54,866 nucleotides of DNA from a virus (Duplodnaviria > Caudoviricetes). The DNA is taken from positions 1 through 54,866 of the IMG/VR virus record IMGVR_UViG_3300013093_000004. The stretch is one strand, 5' to 3'. The number at the start of each line of letters is the position of its first letter. Within the stretch, counting starts at the first letter, position 1. The position numbers were made by a program, and so were the translations under genes. This document shows positions 1-9,046 of this stretch, one piece after another. The notes beneath the pieces are model-generated. The model saw only the letters and a list, made by a program, of their open reading frames with translations, was not told the origin of the DNA and did not search any database.

Positions 1-123
1 GAAGGCACGCTGATCAGCGCCAGCACGGTCGATCATGACGGCCGCATGGTGATCGAGGGCAAGGTCGACATGGCCATGCTGGCGCTGGTGACCGAGCGCG
101 TGCTGTTGCAGGAAATCTATCAC
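1..123. repeat. Terminal direct repeat, copy 1 (circular assembly overlap)
   Basis: 1-123 is identical to 54744-54866. Confidence 0.97.
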
Positions 124-137
124 ATCGGGACGCCGGC

Positions 138-479
138 ATGACGCGCCGGGCAGACATCGCGCAGCGCAATGCGCAGATCGTCGCGCGGTATCGCGCCGGG
201 AAATCGCTGAACCATCTGGCCCGGGTGTTTGGCCTGTCGCAATCACGGGTGTGGTCGATCGTGGCGTGGTCCGTTCACCCGGACGAAGCGCCGCACCGGC
301 GCGCGCTGATGGCGCCGCGGCACCGTGGCGGGCGGCGCGCGATCTGGCCCGATTGCCCGCCGGAATATCGCGACGAATACCTGCAGCTTCGGCGCGTGAT
401 CGGATCAGCGGCAGCGCGCGACCAACTGATGCGCCTGGCCCGGCGCGGTGATGGGCCCAAGCAAGCGAGGGCACGATGA
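138..479 (+). CDS. HTH DNA-binding protein (Mor/sigma-70 region 4-like N-terminus)
   Basis: RNAQIVARYRAGKSLNHLARVFGLSQSRVWSIV; ATGA overlaps with both neighbours. Confidence 0.6.
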   Translation: MTRRADIAQRNAQIVARYRAGKSLNHLARVFGLSQSRVWSIVAWSVHPDEAPHRRALMAPRHRGGRRAIWPDCPPEYRDEYLQLRRVIGSAAARDQLMRLARRGDGPKQARAR

Positions 480-1714
480 GCCGACCAGCAACCGACCGCC
501 TGAAAGTCAACCCGCCGTTGGGCCATATGCCGGCGCTGCAATATCTGCCGCCAGCCATGCTGCGGGTCGATGACAGCTATCAGCGCACGCTGGACAGCGA
601 TGCGAGCCGGACGCTGGTGCGGCAGATCGCGCAGTATTGGAATTGGGATTTGTGCCAACCGCTGGTGGTGGCGCGGCGCGACGATGACGAATTGTACGTG
701 ATCGACGGGCAGCACCGGCTGGCTGCAGCGAGGTTGCGCGGCGACATACCCCAGCTGCCGGCGGTGGTGGTGCGGTATGCCAGCGCGGCGGATGAAGCGG
801 CCAGTTTTGTCCATCTGAACCAGCAGCGGCGACCGTTGACGCGGGTCGATCTGTTCAAGGCGGCCGTCGCATCGGGCGATAGCGAAGCGACCGCCATTTT
901 GGACGCGGTTGCGGCGGCTGGGTTGACGATCGCGCCGCATACCAACCCGACCGCGTGGAAACCCGGTCAGATTGCCAATATCGGCGGGATTGAGCAATGT
1001 TGGCGGACGCGCGGGCCGAAGGTGAGCGCCGCGGCGCTGATCGCGCTGGAACGCGCGCTGCATGGCCAGGTGCTGCAATATGCGGGCACGATGTTTCCCG
1101 GCATCGCGGCGGTGGTGGAAGCCGAGATTGGCCGGCGGCGCTGGTCGCAGCGGGCACTGAACGCATTGATCGCGATGATTGGCTGCGCAGCGCAAATAGG
1201 CTGGCGCGCGAAGGTGCATCACAAGCGCGGTGAGCAACCGAACCTGAATTTTGCGCGCGCGGCCGAACAGGTGTTTCTGGAACATTGGGCGGCGTGGTGG
1301 CCTGGGCTTTTGCCTGATGACGGGTCGGAATTGCCGGATGATGTGACACCGGCTGGCGTTGCGCCCGCGCTTTCGCCAGATGTGGCGCCGAAGCCGGCGG
1401 CGGCGGAGCCCGCGGCGAAACCTTCGCCCGCCCCAAAGCCGGCCTTTGACTGGCTGAAACCCGGCGGGGCGGCGGCGAAGGCGCCGGCGCCGAAGGCAGA
1501 GCCGAAACCCGAACCGTCGCGCGGCAAGGCGCCCAGCATCGACTGGGGCAAGGTCCGTGCACAGGTGGCACCGACGCGGGTGACAGCGGCGGGCAAAGCA
1601 TTTCGGCCCGATGACGAAGGCAAAGCATGGTGCGATCAGTGCGATCGTCGGCGGACGTGGCCGGAAATCGACGGGTGCCGGGACAAGCATTGCAGCTTTG
1701 GAGCGAAGGCATGA
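476..1714 (+). CDS. ParB/Srx-superfamily DGQHR-motif protein (DUF6551-like) with Pro/Ala-rich linker and C-terminal Cys cluster
   Basis: LRVDDSYQR...PLVVARR...LYVIDGQHRLAAA; C-terminal WCDQC...C...C. Confidence 0.75.
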   Translation: MSRPATDRLKVNPPLGHMPALQYLPPAMLRVDDSYQRTLDSDASRTLVRQIAQYWNWDLCQPLVVARRDDDELYVIDGQHRLAAARLRGDIPQLPAVVVRYASAADEAASFVHLNQQRRPLTRVDLFKAAVASGDSEATAILDAVAAAGLTIAPHTNPTAWKPGQIANIGGIEQCWRTRGPKVSAAALIALERALHGQVLQYAGTMFPGIAAVVEAEIGRRRWSQRALNALIAMIGCAAQIGWRAKVHHKRGEQPNLNFARAAEQVFLEHWAAWWPGLLPDDGSELPDDVTPAGVAPALSPDVAPKPAAAEPAAKPSPAPKPAFDWLKPGGAAAKAPAPKAEPKPEPSRGKAPSIDWGKVRAQVAPTRVTAAGKAFRPDDEGKAWCDQCDRRRTWPEIDGCRDKHCSFGAKA

Positions 1715-2466
1715 CGGGCCTGCGCAACCCTTCGCCGCATGCGCAGCGGCGGTTTGTCGGGCCGGCGGCGACGGCCAAGGGTTTGACCCTGCCAGCGTTT
1801 CATTCGGCGGTGCGATCGGCGCGAACGCTGTTTCCATCGCGCGTGTTTGGCGCCGCCGAAGTCGCACGGGTGCTGAAGGATGGCCACCAGAGCCGCAAGA
1901 TCGGCAAGATGATCACCAAAGGCCGGCGGCGCGGCTGGCCGATTTTCACCCTGACGCTCGAAGAGCGGGCGACGTGCCCCAGATCCTGCCAAGAATGGCA
2001 GAGCTGTTATGGCAACCGCATGCAGGCCGCCGAACGGATCGAGGCCGGGCGCGTGCTGATGAATGCGCTGTCGCATGAGGTGATCGACCTGGCCGCAGAG
2101 CATCCGCGCGGTTTTCTGGTGCGGCTGCACGTGCTGGGCGACTTTTTCAGCGCGGATTATGTGGCGTTTTGGGCCGGCCTGTTGCGGGATGTGCCGGCGC
2201 TGCACCTGTTCGGTTTTACCGCGCATGCGCCGGATTCGCCGATTGGAGCGGCGATCGGCGCGATGATGGCGGCGCACGGCTGGGACCGCGCTGCCTTTCG
2301 ATATTCGGGAGCTGCCGGGAGCGACATGGCCGCGCGGGTGATCGGCCCCGGCCAAGACGATGCGGACGGGATCCTTTGCCCGGCACAGACCGGCGGAACC
2401 GACTGCTGCGCGACATGCGCGCTGTGCTGGCACAGCCAGCGATCCATCATTTTTCGGAGGCATTGA
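1711..2466 (+). CDS. Gp88-like protein (Cys-motif, radical-SAM-like)
   Basis: LTLEERATCPRSCQEWQSCYG, RLHVLGDFF, C-terminal CPAQ...CATCALCW; ATG overlaps upstream stop. Confidence 0.7.
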   Translation: MTGLRNPSPHAQRRFVGPAATAKGLTLPAFHSAVRSARTLFPSRVFGAAEVARVLKDGHQSRKIGKMITKGRRRGWPIFTLTLEERATCPRSCQEWQSCYGNRMQAAERIEAGRVLMNALSHEVIDLAAEHPRGFLVRLHVLGDFFSADYVAFWAGLLRDVPALHLFGFTAHAPDSPIGAAIGAMMAAHGWDRAAFRYSGAAGSDMAARVIGPGQDDADGILCPAQTGGTDCCATCALCWHSQRSIIFRRH

Positions 2467-2467
2467 G

Positions 2468-2803
2468 ATGCGACCAGAATTGACCATCGATACGTTCGCG
2501 CTGCCGCAATCCGCCCCGGATGGAAAACCAGCGGTGCAGGTGACGATCGTGCGCGACCGTTGGGCGCATCACGTGCGGTTGAGCATGGACGAGGCGCACG
2601 ATGCCTATGCCAAGCTGGGGACTGCGCTGGGCACGCTGAAGCTGGGAAAGGCTCTGGCTGCCGGCGATGACCCGCGCGCGGTGGAACGGATGAAGCTGGC
2701 GCGGCGTGCGGTCAAGATCGGCTGGGATTGCGCGGGGGTGTGCGCCGTCTTTGACATCACCGAGGTTGAATATCGGTGCCTGGCGCAGGAGGTGGCGCGG
2801 TGA
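2468..2803 (+). CDS. Hypothetical protein
   Basis: GGAGG before ATG 2468; tight operon packing. Confidence 0.6.
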   Translation: MRPELTIDTFALPQSAPDGKPAVQVTIVRDRWAHHVRLSMDEAHDAYAKLGTALGTLKLGKALAAGDDPRAVERMKLARRAVKIGWDCAGVCAVFDITEVEYRCLAQEVAR

Positions 2804-3777
2804 GCATTCGGCTGATGACGATTGTGTGGGATATGCCGGATTTGAACCCCGGCGCGAAGCTGGTGCTGCTGTGTTTGGCCGACCAGGCCAACGATAACGG
2901 CACGCATTGCTGGCCCAGTGTCGAGACGATTTGCCGGCGGTCAGGTCAGGCAGAGCGGACGGTTCGGCGCATTTTGAATGACCTGGAACAGGCGGGCCAT
3001 ATCACGCGCCAGCATCGCAGCGGGACCAGCACGCAATACAAAGTGCACCCCTGCCAAAATGGCACCCCTGCCAAAATGGCACCCCTGCCAAATCGGCAGG
3101 ACACCCCTGCCATGGTGGCACCCCACCCCTGCCAAATTGGCACCCAAACCACCAATGAACCGTCAATGAAACAAGAACCCCCCAACCCCCTTGTCAGGGG
3201 GCGTGAGCGTGTGCCGATTCCTGCTGATTGGGTTTTGCCGGGGATTGACGATCTGCCGCCGGAGATCGGTGCGCTGGCCCGCCAGTGGCCGGCTGGGGCT
3301 TACCAAGCGGCTGGCAAGGCGTTTCACCAGCACTGGCGCGGTCGCGGCACGAAACGGCCCGATTGGTCGGCGAGCTGGGCGGCGCGGGTGCAGGCGCAGC
3401 ACGAAGTGGTGATGCGTGGCGCCAAGGCGGGCGTTTCGTACATCGGCGCAACAGCGGGCGGTGGCGTGGTGGCAGATCGGCCGCCGGTGGCGGCAAAAGC
3501 GCGCGAAGACGCTCATTCGGCCGAATTGCACGATGCGGTGCGCGAGACGGTTGGCGCGGCGGTTTGGTCGCAGTGGTTTGAGCCGATGGCGCTGCTGTTT
3601 CACGATTTGGGGCTGATGGTGGTCGCGCCGTCAAGATTTCATGCGGCGCAGATTGAGGCAAACCATCGCGGCACGATCGATGCTGCGCTGACCACGGCGG
3701 GGCGCGGCGTCGATTGGGTCAGGGTGATTGCTGAACAGCCGGCAGCGGCGAAAAAGGGAGCGGCGCGGCGTGGTTGA
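2800..3777 (+). CDS. Replication initiator (N-terminal winged HTH, C-terminal DnaA domain I-like)
   Basis: AKLVLLCLADQAND...CWPSVETICRRSG...RTVRRILNDLE; C-terminal VGAAVWSQWF...VAPSRFHAAQIE; internal iterons. Confidence 0.85.
   Translation: MSIRLMTIVWDMPDLNPGAKLVLLCLADQANDNGTHCWPSVETICRRSGQAERTVRRILNDLEQAGHITRQHRSGTSTQYKVHPCQNGTPAKMAPLPNRQDTPAMVAPHPCQIGTQTTNEPSMKQEPPNPLVRGRERVPIPADWVLPGIDDLPPEIGALARQWPAGAYQAAGKAFHQHWRGRGTKRPDWSASWAARVQAQHEVVMRGAKAGVSYIGATAGGGVVADRPPVAAKAREDAHSAELHDAVRETVGAAVWSQWFEPMALLFHDLGLMVVAPSRFHAAQIEANHRGTIDAALTTAGRGVDWVRVIAEQPAAAKKGAARRG
3045..3145. repeat. Putative replication origin iterons (5 x CACCCCTGCCAnnnnGG)
   Basis: Copies start at 3046, 3063, 3080, 3102 and 3124 inside the initiator gene, as in lambda O. 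Confidence 0.8.
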
Positions 3778-4330
3778 AAATCAGGTTGATACTTGGTGCG
3801 TGCTGCGCACCGCTGCCTCGCAAACGCTGCCGCTGGCCAAAGCGTTGACCGATGATGGCATCGCGGCCTGGACGCCCACCGAGGTGAAGCAGATGCGGGC
3901 GCGCCGCCAGGTGCCGGCCTATGAGCTGACCGTGGCGCTGATGCCGTCGGTCGTTTTCGCGCCATATGATCGGTTGTCGGATCTGATCACGCTGTCGCGC
4001 ACGGCGATGCCGTACAAAGTCTGGGATGCGGCGGTGCGCCGAATGGTGGCGCGCGGCTGGCCCCATTTCACCGTCATGCGGATCGCCGATCGGTATGCGC
4101 GGGTGGCTGATCGGGAACTGATCGGATTGCGGCGGATCGAACGGGTGCGGTTGACGGTGGCGAAACGGTCGATGTTTCGCCCAGGCGGCGCGGTGCGGCT
4201 GGTCGATGGTCCTGGCGAAGGATTGCGCGGCACGATCGACAGTGTGACCGCCGGCTTTGCGACGGTCAGCTTTCCCGGGTGGGCGCTGTCGATGAAGATC
4301 GCGTTTCATCTGCTGGAAATTGCAGAATAA
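3770..4330 (+). CDS. NusG-like late transcription antiterminator
   Basis: WCVLRT...IAAWTP...LMPSVVF NGN-like region; KOW-like PGGAVRLVDGPGEGLRGTI; sits just before the late operon. Confidence 0.8.
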   Translation: MVENQVDTWCVLRTAASQTLPLAKALTDDGIAAWTPTEVKQMRARRQVPAYELTVALMPSVVFAPYDRLSDLITLSRTAMPYKVWDAAVRRMVARGWPHFTVMRIADRYARVADRELIGLRRIERVRLTVAKRSMFRPGGAVRLVDGPGEGLRGTIDSVTAGFATVSFPGWALSMKIAFHLLEIAE

Positions 4331-4405
4331 TCATATGCTTGCGCGGCATCGGCTGTAATTTTTTGCCGAATATTTTTCCATTTTAGGAATTTCTTTCCAT
4401 TGGCG

Positions 4406-4435
4406 TTGACAGCGCGAATCGCGGTCATGTATATG
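4406..4435 (+). promoter_or_regulatory. Putative late promoter
   Basis: TTGACA at 4406-4411 and TATATG at 4430-4435, with an AT-rich region upstream. Confidence 0.5.
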
Positions 4436-4571
4436 GATGTTCACGTTTTGGCCCCGTTTGCCGGACCGACCGTTCAAGGCGCGTGATTATCCCCCTTGGA
4501 CCGGCTCGTTTGAAACCTCGTTTGAGCGGGGCTGCTGCCGCATGGCGGCGTTCAATCATGGATGTCCAAGC

Positions 4572-4898
4572 ATGGTCGCGATGGCGAAACCCCGGCTGGG
4601 AATGGCCAAGGCGCGTCGGCTGGCAACCCCACCAAAAGTGGCTGCTGCGGATTATCAGTCCCCCGAACACAAGGCTTGGCGCGAAGCGGTGATCGCACGC
4701 GCTGGGCGGCGATGCGAGGCGGTGATCGATGGCAAGCGCTGCTGGAAAGCTGAGCCGCGTCATCGCATGTTCGCCGACCACATCGTCGAGATCAAAGACG
4801 GCGGCGCGCGGCTCGATCCGGACAACGGACAATGCCTTTGCGGCGCCCATCACACGGCCAAGACGGCCGCCACCAGAGCAGCACGGCGGTTCATCTGA
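4572..4898 (+). CDS. Packaging-associated HNH endonuclease
   Basis: YQSPEHKAWR...RC...ADHIVEIKDGG...NGQCLCGAHHTAKT; directly upstream of terminase; start may be 4581. Confidence 0.88.
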   Translation: MVAMAKPRLGMAKARRLATPPKVAAADYQSPEHKAWREAVIARAGRRCEAVIDGKRCWKAEPRHRMFADHIVEIKDGGARLDPDNGQCLCGAHHTAKTAATRAARRFI

Positions 4899-4929
4899 CC
4901 AAGCGCGGCCTCGCTGAAAAAATCGTTCA

Positions 4930-5070
4930 CTTTCAATGCATTGTAGCGCCCGCCGAACGGATGGTGACCCTCGCCACCCGGTAGGGGGTTTCGGATGGGC
5001 CGCCGCCGTCGCGGGCAACCGCGTTTGACCTCACGCAAAGATTTTTTTTCGCTCACTGATTTTTTCAGCA
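4930..5070. other. Probable cos (packaging) region
   Basis: Intergenic gap between HNH and terS with G-run and T-tracts; position typical of HK97-like cos phages; exact cut site not determined. Confidence 0.4.
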
Positions 5071-5115
5071 GCGTGATTTTGACGGCGGAGGAAAATTAAT
5101 CGGGGTCGAAATCGT

Positions 5116-5724
5116 ATGGCAAAACGCGGACGACCGGCCAAAGAGCCCAGCGAAGGCGACAGGGCAAAAGTCGCTGATTTACGGGCAAAAAAAGTACCCG
5201 TCGCTGATATAGCGGCGATCTTTCAGATGTCAGTTCCCACGCTGCGGAAATATTTTCGGGACGAATTTTTTACCGGAAAAAAAATCGCGGCGGAGAAAAA
5301 ACCAAGCCGCGAAGTCACCGAAGCCCTCCGGGCCAAGGTCACCCGGTATCTTGGTTATGGCATGGGCCCCGAAGACATCGCCCTGGCGATCGGGTACCAC
5401 GGCGAAGGCGAATACGAAAATTTCCGCGCCGACTATGCTCATGAATTGCGCATCGGCCGGGCGATCACCCGGGCTGAAACGATCGACCGCTTGGTCAACC
5501 AGAGTGCCGGCGGTCTGATCGGCGCCACCACCAAGCTGGAAGCGCTGAGCCGGCCAACGCCAACGAAGGAAGGGCCGGCGGCGCCAGCTGGGGAGTACAT
5601 CGGCAAAAAGACGGTCGCCAAAGCAGACGCGGCAACGGCCATTGCGGCGGGCGGAATGTTTGCCCCGCGCACCCCGCCTCGCCTTGCCGCCGTCAACGGT
5701 CAGCCGGTCACAAAGCCTGATTGA
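5116..5724 (+). CDS. terS: Terminase small subunit
   Basis: MAKRGRP start, HTH IAAIFQMSVPTLRKYF, C-terminal FAPRTPP; abuts terL. Confidence 0.8.
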   Translation: MAKRGRPAKEPSEGDRAKVADLRAKKVPVADIAAIFQMSVPTLRKYFRDEFFTGKKIAAEKKPSREVTEALRAKVTRYLGYGMGPEDIALAIGYHGEGEYENFRADYAHELRIGRAITRAETIDRLVNQSAGGLIGATTKLEALSRPTPTKEGPAAPAGEYIGKKTVAKADAATAIAAGGMFAPRTPPRLAAVNGQPVTKPD

Positions 5725-7505
5725 TGCTGGCCTGGTCGACTGCGTGCATCGATTGGCGCGAACGCATCATTGCCGGCAAGTCATTGTTGCCCTGCCCTCC
5801 TCTGTTCCCGGAGGAGGCAGAGGCGGCGCTGGCAGTGTTTCGCGATCTGCCGATCGTCGATGTCATGGGCAAACCCAGTTTTGGCGATATCGGGCGCCCT
5901 TGGACGTTTGATCTGCCTGCGGCTGTTTTCGGCGCTTACAACCCGGAGACGGGCCGGCGCGAGATCAACCAGTTCTTTGAGCTGATCGCCAAGAAGAACA
6001 CGAAATCGACCCGCGCTGCGGGGATCATGCTGACCGAGCTGATCCGCAACGATCGCTACAGCGCGCAATACACCATTCTGGCCCCCACGATCGAGGTCGC
6101 GAAGAATTCCGCTGAGCCGGCCATGGATTTTGTGGCCGAACACCCCGATTTGAAACGCATTTTGAAACCGGTCGCGCATCAGCGCTTGATCGAACACCGC
6201 GTGACAGGCGCACAATTGAAGATCCTGGCCGCCGACAGCGAAACTGTCGCCGGCGGCAAAACCACCGGATTGCTGATCGACGAACTTTGGCTGTTCGGCA
6301 AACGCCCCAATGCGAAGAACATGCTGCGCGAGGCGATGGGCGGTTTGGCGTCTCGACCTGAAGGGTTCGTGATCGCGCTGACGACTCAGGGGGATGCCCC
6401 GCCCGAAGGCGTGTTTCTGGATTGGTTGCGCCGGTTTCGCGACATTCGTGATGGCAAGTTGATCGCCCCGCGTTCGCTGGGCATGCTCTATGAATTCCCG
6501 GAAGATATGATCCGGTCGGAAGCCTATAAGGATCCGGCGAACTTCTATATCCCGAACCCCAATCTGGGCGCGTCTGTCGACGAACAGTTTTTGCTCGACG
6601 AATACGAAAAAGCCCAGCGCGAAGGCCAGAAATCGCTGGTCGGGTTTTTCGCCAAGCACTTGAACGTCGAACCAGGCATGGCAGCTCGGGCCGATACTTG
6701 GGCCGGCGCGGAATTCTGGAAACAGCGGGCAGATCCGGCAATCACGCTCGACGAAATCATTGCCCGGTGTGAAGTGGTGGTGATCGGCCTCGATGGCGGC
6801 GGCCTAGATGACCTTTACGGCATGACAGTGCTTGGCCGCGAAAGCGCCGAAGTCGAAGTGTCGGCCAAAGTGGCCGCCGACGAAAGCGAAGGCAGCATCG
6901 GCGGTAAACGTCAAATTAAACGGTGGCTGTCCTGGTCGCATGCATGGGCATCACGCATCGTGCTGGACCGCCGCAAATCGATCGCCGAAAAATTGCTCGA
7001 TTTGGAAAACGCTGGCGAGGTGACCATTCTGGAAAACGGCGAAGTCGACGAAAGTGGACAGCCCGCCGATATCGCCCAGATCATGGAAGTGATCATCCGC
7101 GTTCGCGATGCCGGACTGTTGTGCTGCGTCGCAGTTGACCCTGCCGGGCTTGGCGAGCTGATCGACGCTTTGGCTGATGCGCAGATCACCGAAGAAAACG
7201 CCAAAATTGGTCGCGATTATGTGATTGGCGCGCCTCAGGGCTATCGCATGATGACCGCGATGAAGACCGCCGAACGCAAACTTGCCAACGGCACCATGAT
7301 CCACGCTGATCAGCCCCTGATGGATTGGTGTGTGGCAAACTTGAAAATCGAGGCCACTGCCACCGCGATCCGCGCCACAAAGCAAACCGCTGGCGATGCA
7401 AAGATCGACCCAGCCATCGCGCTGTTCAACGCCGTGACGATCATGGCTGAAAACCCTGATGCGGTTGCCTCCGGTTACGAAACCAGGGGGCTGCTGATCA
7501 TCTGA
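5724..7505 (+). CDS. terL: Terminase large subunit
   Basis: Walker A-like IAKKNTKST, Walker B LLIDE, LTTQ motif III, nuclease GLDGGGLDD and KIDPAIA. Confidence 0.95.
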   Translation: MLAWSTACIDWRERIIAGKSLLPCPPLFPEEAEAALAVFRDLPIVDVMGKPSFGDIGRPWTFDLPAAVFGAYNPETGRREINQFFELIAKKNTKSTRAAGIMLTELIRNDRYSAQYTILAPTIEVAKNSAEPAMDFVAEHPDLKRILKPVAHQRLIEHRVTGAQLKILAADSETVAGGKTTGLLIDELWLFGKRPNAKNMLREAMGGLASRPEGFVIALTTQGDAPPEGVFLDWLRRFRDIRDGKLIAPRSLGMLYEFPEDMIRSEAYKDPANFYIPNPNLGASVDEQFLLDEYEKAQREGQKSLVGFFAKHLNVEPGMAARADTWAGAEFWKQRADPAITLDEIIARCEVVVIGLDGGGLDDLYGMTVLGRESAEVEVSAKVAADESEGSIGGKRQIKRWLSWSHAWASRIVLDRRKSIAEKLLDLENAGEVTILENGEVDESGQPADIAQIMEVIIRVRDAGLLCCVAVDPAGLGELIDALADAQITEENAKIGRDYVIGAPQGYRMMTAMKTAERKLANGTMIHADQPLMDWCVANLKIEATATAIRATKQTAGDAKIDPAIALFNAVTIMAENPDAVASGYETRGLLII

Positions 7506-7520
7506 ACACGGGACCACCGC

Positions 7521-7709
7521 ATGAACCGCTCGGCTCAAAATCTGCTGGCTGTCGTGCGGGATGCGATCGGCCTGGCTGGTCTGGGCGCCATCACGTTCGG
7601 CGCCTACCAGATCTACCATCCCGCCGGCTATATCGTCGGCGGCATGATCGCGGTCAGCGCGACCACGTTGCTGAATCTGGCCGCAATCAAGAAATCGGCC
7701 ATCAGCTGA
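7521..7709 (+). CDS. Small membrane protein between terminase and portal
   Basis: DAIGLAGLGAITFGAYQIYHPAGYIVGG; common at this position. Confidence 0.7.
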   Translation: MNRSAQNLLAVVRDAIGLAGLGAITFGAYQIYHPAGYIVGGMIAVSATTLLNLAAIKKSAIS

Positions 7710-9046
7710 TGGCAGGCGGTTTGTTTGGCGCCCTGGTGCGCGGCGCCCAGTTGGCAACGCGCGGGTTCCCCGGCGACACGGAATCATTCTGGAACGGCTA
7801 TTTCTGGTCGGCGCCGTCTGCGACCGGCATTCAGATCAATCAGCAGACCGCGCTGCAGGCGACCACCGTCATGGCCTGCGTGCGCATCCTGTCCGAAGAC
7901 GTTTCGAAAATGACGCCTCGGATGTACCGTCGCTATACCTCGGGCATCCATAAGAACGGCGCGCGCGAAAAACTGGACTCGGCCGACCATCCGCTTGCCA
8001 AGCTGCTGAAGCGGCCCAACGATTGGATGACCTGGCCGGAATTCTGCCGGATGATGATGATCGGCTACCTGCTGCGCGGGAACGCCTTTGCCGTCATTTT
8101 GCGCAATCGCCGCGGCGATCCGATTTCGCTGGTACCGATCAACCCCGATCGCGTGTCGCTGTGGCAGGCACCCGATGGCGGCCTGTTCTGGTGGGTTACC
8201 CGGTCGGGTCTGCATGAATTGAACGTGCTGGCACATGTGCCGCTGTTGATCCCTTACGAAGATGTGTTTCACCTGAAGGATCTGTCCGCCGATGGCCTGG
8301 TCGGCACCTCGCCGATCGCGCTGGCGCGTGAGGCAATCGGGCTCAGCCTGGCGCAAGAACAGCAATATGCTCGGCTGATGGGCAACGGCGCGCGGCCGTC
8401 CGGCGTGTTGTCCACGGAACAGCGTTTGACCGATACCAGTGCCGCCCGCATTCGCGCCGACTGGGAAGCGATGAATTCCGGCCTCGCCAACGCGGGACGC
8501 ACTGCGATTTTGGAACAGGGTCTGAAATGGACCCCGCTGACAATCACTTCGGTCGATCTGCAATTTCTGCAAATGCGACAATTTCAGGTTATCGAAATCT
8601 GCCGGATCTTTCGCGTGCCTCCGCACATGGTCGGCGACATGGCGCGCGGTTCGTTCAACAACATCGTGCAGCAAAGCCAGGAATACCGCAACCACACGCT
8701 GACCAGCCACACCGACATCTGGGAAAAGCGGTTCGCGTTCACGTTTGACCTGGTCGATGACATCGAAGAGGTCGATTTCGACGAAAGCGCTTTGCTCAAA
8801 GCCGACCTGACCGCCCGGTACAATGCCTATCGCGTCGGCGTGCTGACCGGGTGGGATACCCGCAACGAGGTCCGCGTCGCCGAAGGCAAGAACCCGCTTG
8901 ACGGGCTCGATGAACCAATGGCGCCGGCCAATGAAATCGACGGTTCAAAACTCGGCAGCGACATGGGCGGCGACAACCCCGGCGCCGGCCAGCCCAGCAC
9001 CAACATCGATGTGAACAACCAGCCCATCAATCAGGCAGATTCGTGA
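7709..9046 (+). CDS. HK97-family portal protein
   Basis: TVMACVRILSEDVSK, LLRGNAF, GTSPI, NGARPSGVL, EICRIFRVPPHMVG, NEVR. Confidence 0.96.
   Translation: MAGGLFGALVRGAQLATRGFPGDTESFWNGYFWSAPSATGIQINQQTALQATTVMACVRILSEDVSKMTPRMYRRYTSGIHKNGAREKLDSADHPLAKLLKRPNDWMTWPEFCRMMMIGYLLRGNAFAVILRNRRGDPISLVPINPDRVSLWQAPDGGLFWWVTRSGLHELNVLAHVPLLIPYEDVFHLKDLSADGLVGTSPIALAREAIGLSLAQEQQYARLMGNGARPSGVLSTEQRLTDTSAARIRADWEAMNSGLANAGRTAILEQGLKWTPLTITSVDLQFLQMRQFQVIEICRIFRVPPHMVGDMARGSFNNIVQQSQEYRNHTLTSHTDIWEKRFAFTFDLVDDIEEVDFDESALLKADLTARYNAYRVGVLTGWDTRNEVRVAEGKNPLDGLDEPMAPANEIDGSKLGSDMGGDNPGAGQPSTNIDVNNQPINQADS

Noticed and set aside
3045-3145. CRISPR-like array
   Set aside because: Repeats are nearly contiguous with no unique spacers, lie within the initiator CDS, and no cas genes are present
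5985-6012. Inactive terminase because Walker A reads KKNTKST rather than RKNGKS
   Set aside because: The Lys-Ser/Thr core and other motifs are intact, and such variants occur in this terminase group
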